Positions 9,071-19,766 of a DNA stretch of 64,000 nt are shown here, piece after piece. The DNA is taken from IMG/VR virus record IMGVR_UViG_3300010167_000013; one strand, written 5' to 3'. Source of the DNA: a virus. Its lineage: Duplodnaviria; Caudoviricetes. The notes beneath the pieces were generated by a model. That model was given only the letters and a program-made list of their open reading frames with translations, did no database searches and was not told the DNA's origin. Both the position numbers and the translations under genes were made by a program. The number at the start of each line of letters is the position of its first letter. The stretch's first letter is position 1.

Positions 9071-10297
9071 CTAGTTCATCCTCAGAATCTTTCGTATGAT
9101 ATAGATCACCAATGGGGTGTACAAGAATACATCAATATTCCGATATGATGAAATCAAAGAATCGGCTGTGTACAGTGAGACATCATTAATCGACAATGAG
9201 TGTCCATTGTTGATGAACTTCCATATTAGTTTTTCGAACTCAGATGTTGGTAGTAATCCACCATCCTCAAATGCTCTGAATTGAGTATCGTCGAAATACG
9301 ATAGCTCTCTATTGTTCATTCCGACCTGATTCAATGCCAGCGGTTGGATTATCTGGATATCCCCATCCGACCACCTGTAGAATGACGAGTCGGGATAATC
9401 TTCAGAGTACATCATGGAGAAATGGAATTTCTGTAACATTCGTTTTGGTGCTCCAAGTTCAATCCAATTATACACAGAATTGTTGTAGTATAGCTCTTTC
9501 CTACTGTCTCTAATTTTATCATGTAGAATAATTACATTGGAAGTATTTTCTGAGTTCATGATGCTATGTTTGGCCATAAACTCATTACCACAGAGATCGA
9601 ACCATCTAGCCCCATGATCCTGGTTGTGAAATAAAAAACAATTATGTCTATCATTGTAAAACATTGAACGGTATGACCGGATCATCTGGTTCACCATCTG
9701 TTGAATCTGACTTCTACGAATGAAATCATCCGCTTGAATAATAGGATTGATGTTTGACCCTACAGAATCTAAATCGGTATGATATGTTTCAACACTTTGT
9801 TTATCCAAGTTTTCAAGTATTTCAATTGATGTGCTGTGAAGACGGTATCGTATCTTGTAATACCCTTCAATCTTCATACTATCATATTGAACATCTACCA
9901 CTTGAAATATCGCATTCATCTTCAAATGATTTAGTCTGAAAAAATCGTTTGGGTTCGGAACTATTGTGGATGGAAGTATCTGGCATTCTCCCTCCACGTT
10001 GATATCTTCTATCCCCAACTCATCAGTATTCGTTGGGTTCGCTTGACCAAAACCGTACAATGGGAAGTTCTCAATCTTATTGAACCGCAGTGGAGATTTG
10101 AATCCGAACAACTGTTCAATATCTCTGATGCCTCTATCTACTGTAGTTGCATTTTCCTTGATGTTGTAGTAAGTGGTAAGTATCGCACCAGCCTCAACGA
10201 ATCTATTGGTCATACTTTTTAGGCGCGATTCAAAACGGAAAATGTTATTGGTGATCAATGACTCCTCATTAAAAATTAATCCACCCATTTGTTTCAC
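9071..10297 (-). CDS. Putative jumbo-phage virion structural protein
   Basis: 408-aa ORF with SPLRFNKIENFPLYG and P.PNDFF segments of the kind seen in jumbo-phage neck/head-completion proteins; function inferred. Confidence 0.55.
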   Translation of the reverse strand: MKQMGGLIFNEESLITNNIFRFESRLKSMTNRFVEAGAILTTYYNIKENATTVDRGIRDIEQLFGFKSPLRFNKIENFPLYGFGQANPTNTDELGIEDINVEGECQILPSTIVPNPNDFFRLNHLKMNAIFQVVDVQYDSMKIEGYYKIRYRLHSTSIEILENLDKQSVETYHTDLDSVGSNINPIIQADDFIRRSQIQQMVNQMIRSYRSMFYNDRHNCFLFHNQDHGARWFDLCGNEFMAKHSIMNSENTSNVIILHDKIRDSRKELYYNNSVYNWIELGAPKRMLQKFHFSMMYSEDYPDSSFYRWSDGDIQIIQPLALNQVGMNNRELSYFDDTQFRAFEDGGLLPTSEFEKLIWKFINNGHSLSINDVSLYTADSLISSYRNIDVFLYTPLVIYIIRKILRMN

Positions 10298-10372
10298 CTC
10301 TCTTGTTGGATAATTAAACTTTGGTCAAAGAAGTAGGAATGTGAGGAGGGATTAATCCCTCCTCACACATTC

Positions 10373-11374
10373 TCATTCTGCTGTTGGAAGTTTACCTAGA
10401 AATCGATCTTCGAGTGTGAGAATATGATTTAGCATTTTCTCTCGTATCTCAGGTTTGAGGGTGTTCCTGACGAACCTATCCAGCCCTAATACCATGGCGA
10501 CTGCCTTGATAGTATCAAAATCTTTTCTATCATAAGTGGTACTATACATTAGTAGGTTCATGAAATATAACAGGAGAATATTACTTTGGTGATGATACCT
10601 CTCGGGAAGAAACCGTTTTTCAAACTGAGATATCTCCAATATGAATTTCGTTGAGATATTTAATTGGGTTAACTTCTCTCGGCTCTTGTTTATCCAATAC
10701 TCAATTTTCGATTGATCAGAGAAGGCCTGAATGATACGATTCGATGTTTTACTATCCATGGGATCTGATAGGAACTCAAGATGTTTTTGGTAGTAATACA
10801 TCTCAAGGCCTTTCTCACCACTAGCTTTTTTGACAGGATCTTCTTCTTTGTCAACAGCCTCCTGTAGTATTCTTATTTTCTCATCTTCCTTGGTTTCCAT
10901 CAGTTCCATGTATGCATCGTTTACTTGTCGATATTCTTTGAGGGAACTCATCCAATGAAAGAAATCCTGCACGATGGATTTAACTCTGTCAATCGTGACA
11001 GTATGTTGTACCCCTATTATCGGATGACCATCTCCAAATATTTCCAATACTTTTTCTTCAGGGATAGTGTCTAATCCATTGAATGGATCGTATTTTCCCG
11101 ATGAGATGTCATCATCGGTAGTTCCTTCTGGAGGAGGAATTCTATTTTCTTCGTTGTACTGATGGAGAAGCTTCATATGTGAATCTGTTATTCCAAATTC
11201 TCGTTTGGAACTTTCCCACTGAGCTTCCAACATACTAACTATTTCTCGTATTTGTTTGATCAGTTGAGTGAGCTGAGCTTCTGTTGTATCATTCAATGGA
11301 TCCTTCTCATCTAAGACCGGAGGACCTTCATCAGGTGGTCTTTCCGGAAATAGTTCAATAACTTTGTCGTTCAT
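10373..11374 (-). CDS. Hypothetical protein
   Basis: 333-aa helical ORF in the operon downstream of the RNAP gene. Confidence 0.7.
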   Translation of the reverse strand: MNDKVIELFPERPPDEGPPVLDEKDPLNDTTEAQLTQLIKQIREIVSMLEAQWESSKREFGITDSHMKLLHQYNEENRIPPPEGTTDDDISSGKYDPFNGLDTIPEEKVLEIFGDGHPIIGVQHTVTIDRVKSIVQDFFHWMSSLKEYRQVNDAYMELMETKEDEKIRILQEAVDKEEDPVKKASGEKGLEMYYYQKHLEFLSDPMDSKTSNRIIQAFSDQSKIEYWINKSREKLTQLNISTKFILEISQFEKRFLPERYHHQSNILLLYFMNLLMYSTTYDRKDFDTIKAVAMVLGLDRFVRNTLKPEIREKMLNHILTLEDRFLGKLPTAE

Positions 11375-11375
11375 A

Positions 11376-11855
11376 TTATATCTCCTCGTGTTCTTCTATG
11401 TCTTTTTCCCACATCTGTTTTATCAATGCTGCCGAGGTTTCTGCGATGTATTTCTCGTAATATTCTTGAGTAAAGAAAGTATCTTCAAATGAGAAGATAT
11501 TCCCATTCAGTGATCGATGGGCAGTCTCAGCTACATCTCTAACCAGTGATTCCAGAATGGTTTTATTTATCTTGGTCATATCATGATTGTCTTGAAATGT
11601 TCGATATTTCAGAATGGCTATCTGAGCAAGCATGTTCCGAATCATTTCAAGTATGCTATTCGAATACTCGGCTGTCCTATTTCTGTTTTCTTCCTCCAGT
11701 TCCTTGTATTCTATCTCCTTTGACAATCGAATCTGTTTGAGTTCAGTATACTTGAGCAGAGATCTAACCATGAAGATGGCAACTATTATCATGGCAATGA
11801 GAACACCTGTCAGTATGATGTACATTAGCTCTTGGGTAGTTCCGATGATATCCAT
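11376..11855 (-). CDS. Membrane-anchored hypothetical protein
   Basis: N-terminal hydrophobic helix followed by coiled coil; GGGAGG SD. Confidence 0.65.
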   Translation of the reverse strand: MDIIGTTQELMYIILTGVLIAMIIVAIFMVRSLLKYTELKQIRLSKEIEYKELEEENRNRTAEYSNSILEMIRNMLAQIAILKYRTFQDNHDMTKINKTILESLVRDVAETAHRSLNGNIFSFEDTFFTQEYYEKYIAETSAALIKQMWEKDIEEHEEI

Positions 11856-11866
11856 ATTATCCTCCC

Positions 11867-14800
11867 TTAGTTACAAAATGATTCTAAATTATCGTTGAAT
11901 AAATTAATGATATTGTCAGTGAGATATTTCTTTTTGAATGGTAAATTCTTCATGATGTACTCCCACACCTCATTCATATCATCAATGGTATTCAAACGAT
12001 CTTTCGAATACATCTTGTACAGTTTGGATAGTTTGGTCAAGTAATACATTTCATTCGGAGTACAGAAGATTACTCTATTGCGTATGTTATATCCTACAGT
12101 ATCGATATCATGTTCTGGTTCCCCAATAAATTCACTTTCATCAATGATTGTTTCCATTCTGACACCCAGTGACTTCAAATATACTTGCAGTATCTCCGCT
12201 GATCTAGAGGTGAATTTTTCTGGTAAATCATATTCGCCATCCTCAGATAGTATGGCCTCGTACATAAATCTTCTACCATCTATAGATGATCTGTATAATG
12301 CTGTCACCAGGGCGAAATCGTTTGGATCTGTCACGATTAAAAAGTTCGGTGTTTCCACTACCTTCACATGGTTCGCAAGTCCATGCAGTACATTTAAGTA
12401 CTTCTTATGCTCTCGCATAACGACATCAGAATCTCACTGATGAAGTGGCATTATGCCAGTTGAGACTATATCTTTAACTACACGATGTGTAGCAGAGCTA
12501 AGCTTTTCCATTTAAGGGATTCTCACCCGCCAGCATCAGCTTCTGGCCGTACTCCTGTTGGCATTTCAGCCCAAGGGATAGTCGTTGAACCTTCCACCTA
12601 CGTTGTAGGTAGCTTGGCTGCGTATGATTATCTCTATCAACTACGTTTTTACAATACCCAGATCGTTATACCTGGTGCTACACCATCTATCACTAGTGGC
12701 TGCTGTAGTAGTTGCCTAACGAGATGTTCCCGCAATTAACATAGTTTAACGAGTACAAAATTTCATACTCTCCAAACCTTATGGGAGTCTCAGAAAAGGG
12801 CGCCTTAGAGATCTTTGACTCGTGAGACTTTTCTGGTAGAGATTCATCAGAAATAGCTCCAGCCGATCTTACCGAAAATCCCCTTTCCCCACTCTGCTTC
12901 AGTAGCAGAATATATTGATACCCAACATAGTCTTTCCCAATGTAGATATCCCTTCCCCAATTTGGTTTTGGAACAAATATGTTGTACGGTTTTATTACAT
13001 CGCCATACTTCTCATATATTTCAATGATAGCATCACGTAGATTAATTTCCTTGCTGAATGCCTCCCATCTAATGTATATTCCTTGATTAGTCATGATGAG
13101 TCCATTGCTGTCTAGAGAGATTGAGGATTCTACAAACTTTCTCTTCTCTCTATCTGACAATGTCTTGTACAGTGCTCGTAGATCTTTGGATTGATATGGG
13201 TTCAGAATATCCATGATCTTGAACATGAATTCTACCGCATCATCATTATTCAAGGTAGCCATATGTTTTCTAGTTCTATCCAGAATAAATGTGATGCTAG
13301 GTTCAATCAATGCCATTGGTATAGTTCTATTTATTACAGCTAGAGAGTTTGTGATTAGATCCACTCGCTCATGGGGACCTGATGGATGAACAACCCCATC
13401 CTCATCTGAATATGCCTCTGTGGTAAGATATGGCATATCTTCATCTTTCCAGATATTGCAAACGACAGCTTTGTTTCCGTGTCTCGCTATCTTCACACTA
13501 TATCGCAACTATAGTGCAGTACATTTAAGTACTTCTCCTACTCTCATAGGACGTCAGTGTATTCCAACACTGAAGGAGGGGCCTTCCCTCGTCGAGATCA
13601 TATCTTTTGGAATATTTTCCAAATGGCTTTTCCATTTAAGGGATTCTCACCCACCCCATTGGCTTGGGCCGTACTCCTATTGATCCATTGGATCCAAGGG
13701 ATGATCGTTGAACTCTCATGTTAATTCTCATATGGTAGAAATAAATAATCCTTTGAAATGCTTTTATGAGATTTGCCTGTTCTGATATCATATACAAGGC
13801 CTTTAAATCGAGGATACTGTATATGATTTATCAATCCTATCTCATTAAATATTTCCCTGAGAGGATAATTCGCTTCTAAACATCTACATATATGATGAAT
13901 TATTTCATCTGGAATTTTTTTAAGGGAACCGGTTTTTATAAAATCATATTCTCTACTGATATCTTTCCATGCACGACCAGTTCTAATTCTAGTAATAAGG
14001 CCTTTGCCATGTGGGTCATTTGGAAGACCCAGTTGGGTTATGATATCAATATTTTTTTACCTTCATTTATTAATCCACAGATTTTATGAACTGTCTCATT
14101 TGAAACAGAACTATATGATAGTAGATCACCGGTTTTTATTAATCCCATTGCTCGAGCATGTTCATTATTTTCTTTATTAGTAGACCATTCGAGGTTATCC
14201 AGATGATTATTTAATCTATTCCCATCCTTATGATTGACTTGGGGTTTATTCTCAGGATTAGGAATAAAAGTTAAAGCCATTATACGATGAACAGTTCTTC
14301 GGACAAATTCATAAAGACCATCATCACGAGTTATTCGAAGTGATACCGCTCGATATCCTCGTTTTTCAATCCATCCGTCAAGAACCTTACCCGTTTCTGT
14401 ATTAGTAATTACAGCATTTTCATCAATTGTATAATGGGTTGGGATCTTTCCATCAATATATATATTTCTCCATATAAGTACACAAACCTTTCTACTTAAT
14501 TTATCATTTATAAGTAGTAAAGTGTTTGATATATAACACAACAGCTGCGGATTATCCAATCCTACTCTCTTTTACCATACCTGAGTGATTAGTTCAGCCA
14601 CTATCTACATCGCTGTGATAGTTTGGTGTAGTAGGCTCTAAGGATGTTCCCGTCAATTAGCTCATTTTAAAGTTGGCAATCATACCAACTATCTTCCTTC
14701 CAACACGGATATGTTCTTTTTTCCGAACTAATATCTCTACCATTAGATTGGAGAATACATTGTCATTGAATGCCCATAACGCCTGGGTATCTAAATAGTC

Positions 14801-15823
14801 CTGGGACTTTTTCATCCAACGATTGATTTCCTTGTCTACATATCTATGACCACCATTGATTATTTTCTTGCATGTTCGGTATACCTCTGTGTAGAACCAT
14901 CTGGCATCATTGTAATATTGAATCAGTTGTTTATTGACCTTATTCACTTTTAGGTTGGGATTGTTGGAGTACACATTGATGTCAATTATTTCCCCATCCC
15001 CATAGAACACCTGGTCTGATTGTAAATTAATGGTACTAAGTGAACTATCTCTGAGATCGGAGAACATTCTAGTTTCTTTCACACTACGTGTAGCTGCTAG
15101 TATACCATTTGATATGTGATCACCGATATTTGGTAGTCCTTGATATTCCCCATCTGTTCCATACAGATTCAGAAAGATTGTGCTCTCATTAATTGGTATT
15201 GTCTTCTGACTAACTTGGTTACTAATCATTCGTTTGGAGAATGATTCCGATATGATGATTGCATCATCTTGTACTGCTGGATGAGTAGCATACAATATTC
15301 TACCGTTGACTCCTATCGATACATTCATATCATCATCGTATGATGATGATGTGTATAGTACGGTATCCTTTGGTATAAGTTCACCTACCTCGGCATTATC
15401 CAGGTAATCATTCTTGTAATCAAATCCAAAGTTTTCTGTTAGATTCTCAACTTCTTTCCGTTCTACTAATTTATATGAATCATCATCCTTGCAGTAGAGA
15501 AAGTACAGAGATGAATAACATTTTCCCTTCAGTAGCTCATTGTATTTTTTCACTATGCTAAATACACGGTATTCCTTGTCAGTCCTCCTGTAGAAAGATG
15601 AGTGTTCTCCAACTAGATTTTCTTTACCATCGTAGATGTATGGGAATTCTGGATCATCGATGGTCAAGTGTTGAGCATGGTGCTTGATATTCATGGCAGA
15701 TCTCATTAGTGAGTTTGCTCCACTAAAATCCCCTTGACCAATCAGTGATAATTTCTTAGATCCCTTTAGCTCGTTACTTTGCTTAACAAGATCATTCACA
15801 AGGTTGTATTTCTCCCTAGGCAT
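11867..15823 (-). CDS. rpoB: Phage multisubunit RNA polymerase beta subunit (C-terminal half), 3 exons: 15823-14684, 13484-12765, 12355-11867
   Basis: Spliced product restores the beta motifs GRKIVG|RHGNK and PIRFGEY|E; also QDDAIIISE and VGYQYILLLKQ. The early-type promoter upstream suggests the non-virion RNAP. Confidence 0.88.
12356..12764 (-). ncRNA. Group I intron (no ORF) in RNAP beta gene
   Basis: P1 GAGUAU/GUACUC with U.G at the 5' splice site; terminal omega-G; UUCAACGACUA and AGAUAUAGUC core elements; in-frame exon join. Confidence 0.88.
13485..14683 (-). mobile_element. Group I intron carrying an HNH homing endonuclease gene
   Basis: P1 GUUGGU/GCCAAC with U.G at the splice site; ends ...GAUAGCG; core shared with the other introns; joining restores G|RHGNK. 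Confidence 0.88.
13721..14559 (-). pseudogene. Intron-encoded HNH endonuclease, frameshifted at an A7 run (14052-14058); start unclear
   Basis: VHRIMALTFIPNPENKPQVNHKDGNRLNNHLDNLEW HNH motif; C-terminal IRTG..WK.IS repeats continue in another frame to TAA at 13721. Confidence 0.75.
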
Positions 15824-15905
15824 ACTTACAATATCCTCCATTCTATAATAGTCACTTTCTTCATAGCATCATTCTCCCTGAATAATTAGTTTATTAGTAG
15901 TTACC

Positions 15906-15921
15906 CTCAGAATATATAATT
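15906..15921 (-). promoter_or_regulatory. Putative early phage promoter AATTATATATTCTGAG
   Basis: Matches the recurring motif; upstream of the RNAP beta gene. Confidence 0.55.
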
Positions 15922-15935
15922 AGAGAACCGACTAA

Positions 15936-15964
15936 TACACAGAGGGCGAAAAGCCCTCTGTGTA
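15936..15964 (-). terminator. Hairpin terminator after tail tube gene
   Basis: TACACAGAGGGC-GAAAA-GCCCTCTGTGTA. Confidence 0.7.
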
Positions 15965-16000
15965 CTAATCTGTTGCATTCCGAGGGGAGTATGTTGGGAG

Positions 16001-17098
16001 TTATTCTTGAGCAAAACCATCCCAGCTAGGCTGTGCTTTGTATCCTGGTTGTCCAGCAAGCTTGGGACCAATACCAGCTGTGTTGGTATTGAAATCATAA
16101 CCATCCTGTACGATAGTCTTAGGAGCATTGGTACCGTAGAACGAAGGAAGATTACCAATGTTGGTACCACTAGCAGAGTCAACAGGTACAGGACCAAGAG
16201 AGCGATTAAATGCACTGATGTTCTCAGGAGCGTACACGGCGTCACCCAATTCCGGATTGAAGTTGAGAGAATTCGATACGATTCGGTACTGTTTCAAGAG
16301 ATCATTTGCAATAGCAGTGATGATCGGAGAACGATACAGAACACAGTTGAACGTAACATCATATGTTACGTTGTCATGAGTTCCTTGACCAGCCATGTCT
16401 AGAACAGCACCCTGAGCAATTCCTTTCGGGTAACAGTCGGCTAACATAACGGCACGTTCAACTTGAGCACCAGTCCTATCATGCATCACATAAATGAATT
16501 CAGCCGTATGATTAGCCTCGTTGAACGGAATACCATCATCCGATTCTCCATTACGCATGTAGAGACGTTTCTCTAGTCCATCCTGATTACGACCACCAGA
16601 CACCCAACCACCGTAAGTAGCCAATCCACTGTTCTCATCACCAATCGCATTCATCCAACCATCTATGACAGTATATACCGGAACTCCAACAAGTTCGTAC
16701 AATCCAATCGTAATTTCATTGGTTGTTTCCTTGGTGACAGTTGGGGTATTGAACAGACGACCGGCAAATCCACCTTGAATAGGAGTACCTGCATCTTCGA
16801 TACGTTTTTCAGCAAATCCACTAACAGAACGATTCATGTATTCAAGCATATGTTTGAACTGTATGAACAACGAATCTTTGCTGAATAAAAGTCCATCGTT
16901 TCCGGCGAACATTTTCAGTATTGCCTTTGGAGGTCTAACCATGAACAGACGACCAAAACCATTTAGCAGTGGAGAATAATTACGTAACGCATGATGTGTC
17001 GCGTTTACTCCACCTACGAACATACTGTAGTTCGTCATTTCAGGCGCATCAAATATTCTACCACCTGTTTGAGATGTTATAACGCTCGGGATAGCCAT
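16001..17098 (-). CDS. Putative tail tube protein
   Basis: Immediately downstream of the sheath; WMNAIGD..SG and EFIYV...A.CYP patterns of contractile tail tube proteins. Confidence 0.7.
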   Translation of the reverse strand: MAIPSVITSQTGGRIFDAPEMTNYSMFVGGVNATHHALRNYSPLLNGFGRLFMVRPPKAILKMFAGNDGLLFSKDSLFIQFKHMLEYMNRSVSGFAEKRIEDAGTPIQGGFAGRLFNTPTVTKETTNEITIGLYELVGVPVYTVIDGWMNAIGDENSGLATYGGWVSGGRNQDGLEKRLYMRNGESDDGIPFNEANHTAEFIYVMHDRTGAQVERAVMLADCYPKGIAQGAVLDMAGQGTHDNVTYDVTFNCVLYRSPIITAIANDLLKQYRIVSNSLNFNPELGDAVYAPENISAFNRSLGPVPVDSASGTNIGNLPSFYGTNAPKTIVQDGYDFNTNTAGIGPKLAGQPGYKAQPSWDGFAQE

Positions 17099-17100
17099 AA

Positions 17101-19626
17101 TTATTCACCTCCAAATCTATTTCCATATTTTTCAACAGCCTTTGTAGCTCCATACTCATAGACTTTGTTTCCTCCAGTTTCATAATCCGGACGTTGGATA
17201 TTAATCTCGAGGATGATTCTCTTGATAATATCTCTGAATGAGACATAGACAAGACATCTCATGATCATGCGCTCTTGTTCCCATTCGTTTGCAGTGAAGA
17301 GTATCTCGATGTTATGAACCATTGTTCCAATCCAAGGACGGTATACTTCCATCTGAGATTCGGTGTATCCTCTGCGGACCTCTGGCTCATTCCATTCGTA
17401 CAAGTATCCTCTGCAAGCTTTCTCCAGACCTTTCTTGAGAGCATTGAGTACACGTACATTGTTCTCTTCAAGAAGAGCAGATGCATCTCTTTGACGGGTA
17501 TTCTGTACAGCTCTTTGAACACTTCTCCCCTCATCGGTTGTTAGATAATAGTTGAGTCTAGAAGTGAAGAGGCGTTCTTTGACATCCCAATCTATGAGAT
17601 CTATGTCTGGGCGGAACGAATCACGGATCATACTACCGGTAACAACTCTACTGGAGGAATTCCTACGAATAGCACGTAAGGTTGCATAGTTGTACGTGAA
17701 CGGTTTATTCAGTCCTTCTCTCATGATATGAGGTACAAGACTCTGAGCAAGGAAGTAGGTCGTAGTAACTTGAACTCTTTTACTCGACATGGGATCATAG
17801 ATTTCGTAGTACCCAAGATCGATCGAAGTATTACGTCCATCGAATTCTTCCATCATATTGATGATATCAATTAATTCAGAGCTTACTGTTACATTTCTAA
17901 TACCAGTCAAATTACAGTCGAGATGCAATAAACACCCAGCACCTTCTGCAAGATCTACGGTCATACCATTCCGATTACGGAACTGATTGAGATCATACAT
18001 GGCTCTCTTGACATTGAGATCACTGAAGTCAACCAGGAAGCTGTTAGATCCAAGAATAGCCAATTGTTGAGCATCTTTGTCTGTCAATATGGTAGACTGG
18101 GTGTACAGCGGCATCATCTGAGTATCCAACCAGATATCTTCATCAGCCGTCATATTGTAATTCGCATCAAATATGAAATCTAAATTAACTCGAGCCGGAG
18201 ATAAAATCTTTCTATCCTTTTCTCCACGGAATGCCTTGACATACTCCTTGGAAAGCAAGAGCTTCATCTCAGCACTATTCGGAGAACGAACATCTCCACC
18301 AACACTAATTTCTTGGAAGTCGCCGTCATGTCCACCATCGAATCTATTTCCAACTGGAATCTGAAGATCTAAACCATTGTATTGATCGGCATCGATCTCT
18401 GTCTCTTGCCCTTCGTCATAGACAATGTTTCCAGTCTCAGGATCAATGTGAACTACACGATATATCCAACGGTATCCATCGTTGAGAGGATCCGCTATTA
18501 CCAGTACCCTAGCACCAACAAATGCAGTAGCCCAATCAGAAATATTGAGAGGCTTCTGAGCTCCTACTGTGTTAGGAACGGTTAAATTTGGTTCAACCCA
18601 AGGACCGGTTGGTTTGACGGTATAATTTCTGTAGTACGGAATCAATTGAGAACTCCTGGTATTCAATCTCATACCAAATATGGGATCAAATGCATCTGGA
18701 AGAATAGAGTTGGCATATCCAAGTTCAATTATATCATCTGCAGTACCAGATGCCCCAACATATACCGAGTTCTTGTCTACTATCTCTTCCTTGTAAAAAT
18801 TATACAGATGAACAAAGCTATCCTCGTATGTATGAATCTTCACAGGACAAGAACCGGTAGAGAATTGGTCAAGAACATCGTCCACCAATGTGGACATTTC
18901 ATATCTGGTAGTCTGGTACATGGAGCCGGCAAACATATTGGTTACTCGAGTTCTGAGATCATTGGTCAGAAGAGTATAACGATACATCTTCATACCATAT
19001 TCTTTTTCTGCTTCATTGTCTCTAGCAAGTCTCATCGAGTAATGATTGCCATACCTACCACGACCAATACTCCTTACGTAGAAAAGAGGTACAGTCATGT
19101 ACCCAGTCAATGGATCTGGGGTTAGTTTAGTTAAACTCTGACCAAACTCTTCTATATCTCCATCGCTCATTGCACCTTCGGTAAGATACGGTTTGGCTGC
19201 ATACGCTGTGGAGAATTTAACCTCCATGCGAATCTTACCAGTTTCCTGAGAAAGCTCATCCAGTATTTTTCCGCTACGGAAGTGAGCCAACACAACCATA
19301 TTGGAATACGTTGCATTATCAGGTAATACTCTGCAAAACCATACACTAGTATGCCCATTGAATAATGCATCAGCCTGCAACGAAGACTGACCGTACCTTT
19401 GGTAGTTACCCCTTCCAAACAATGCTTGCTTCGTTCTGATGTTACTCAGTTTGATGAACGTGTTGTCTATACCAGTATCGGCCCCGGTCACCACACAGGT
19501 TCCATATGGCAGATCATCTGGATCAATCGGGGTTGCCACAGTCTCATCATACCACGTTTGGTCAAAAATTACAGTGTGGACATGAGGGTGAGCATAGTAG
19601 GGTATTATCTGAGCACTCGATGCCAT
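17101..19626 (-). CDS. Tail sheath protein
   Basis: LFG.....YGQ, RVLPDNA and C-terminal SALLEENNVRV...VSFRDIIKRIILEI sheath features; late motif upstream. Confidence 0.82.
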   Translation of the reverse strand: MASSAQIIPYYAHPHVHTVIFDQTWYDETVATPIDPDDLPYGTCVVTGADTGIDNTFIKLSNIRTKQALFGRGNYQRYGQSSLQADALFNGHTSVWFCRVLPDNATYSNMVVLAHFRSGKILDELSQETGKIRMEVKFSTAYAAKPYLTEGAMSDGDIEEFGQSLTKLTPDPLTGYMTVPLFYVRSIGRGRYGNHYSMRLARDNEAEKEYGMKMYRYTLLTNDLRTRVTNMFAGSMYQTTRYEMSTLVDDVLDQFSTGSCPVKIHTYEDSFVHLYNFYKEEIVDKNSVYVGASGTADDIIELGYANSILPDAFDPIFGMRLNTRSSQLIPYYRNYTVKPTGPWVEPNLTVPNTVGAQKPLNISDWATAFVGARVLVIADPLNDGYRWIYRVVHIDPETGNIVYDEGQETEIDADQYNGLDLQIPVGNRFDGGHDGDFQEISVGGDVRSPNSAEMKLLLSKEYVKAFRGEKDRKILSPARVNLDFIFDANYNMTADEDIWLDTQMMPLYTQSTILTDKDAQQLAILGSNSFLVDFSDLNVKRAMYDLNQFRNRNGMTVDLAEGAGCLLHLDCNLTGIRNVTVSSELIDIINMMEEFDGRNTSIDLGYYEIYDPMSSKRVQVTTTYFLAQSLVPHIMREGLNKPFTYNYATLRAIRRNSSSRVVTGSMIRDSFRPDIDLIDWDVKERLFTSRLNYYLTTDEGRSVQRAVQNTRQRDASALLEENNVRVLNALKKGLEKACRGYLYEWNEPEVRRGYTESQMEVYRPWIGTMVHNIEILFTANEWEQERMIMRCLVYVSFRDIIKRIILEINIQRPDYETGGNKVYEYGATKAVEKYGNRFGGE

Positions 19627-19682
19627 ATTATCCTATCTCCTTTTCTACATATTTTTGATGAGTAAATCCTTGATAACTCTTT

Positions 19683-19694
19683 TAACTAGTTGTT
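19683..19694 (-). promoter_or_regulatory. Putative late promoter AACA-N6-TA
   Basis: Minus strand AACA ACTAGT TA upstream of the sheath gene. Confidence 0.55.
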
Positions 19695-19721
19695 GATATG
19701 GCATCAAGTGGTCATCAGGAT

Positions 19722-19738
19722 AATTATATATTATAATG
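19722..19738 (+). promoter_or_regulatory. Putative early phage promoter AATTATATATTATAATG
   Basis: Recurring motif about 30 nt upstream of the ATG at 19767. Confidence 0.6.
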
Positions 19739-19766
19739 ATAATGATAAAGCAGGAGGTGTAGGATA

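Noticed and set aside
12356-12418. N-terminal extensions of ORFs 11867..12418, 12693..13508 and 44208..45335 as true gene starts
   Set aside because: They lie inside intron 3' ends; the conserved protein sequence begins exactly after the terminal G.
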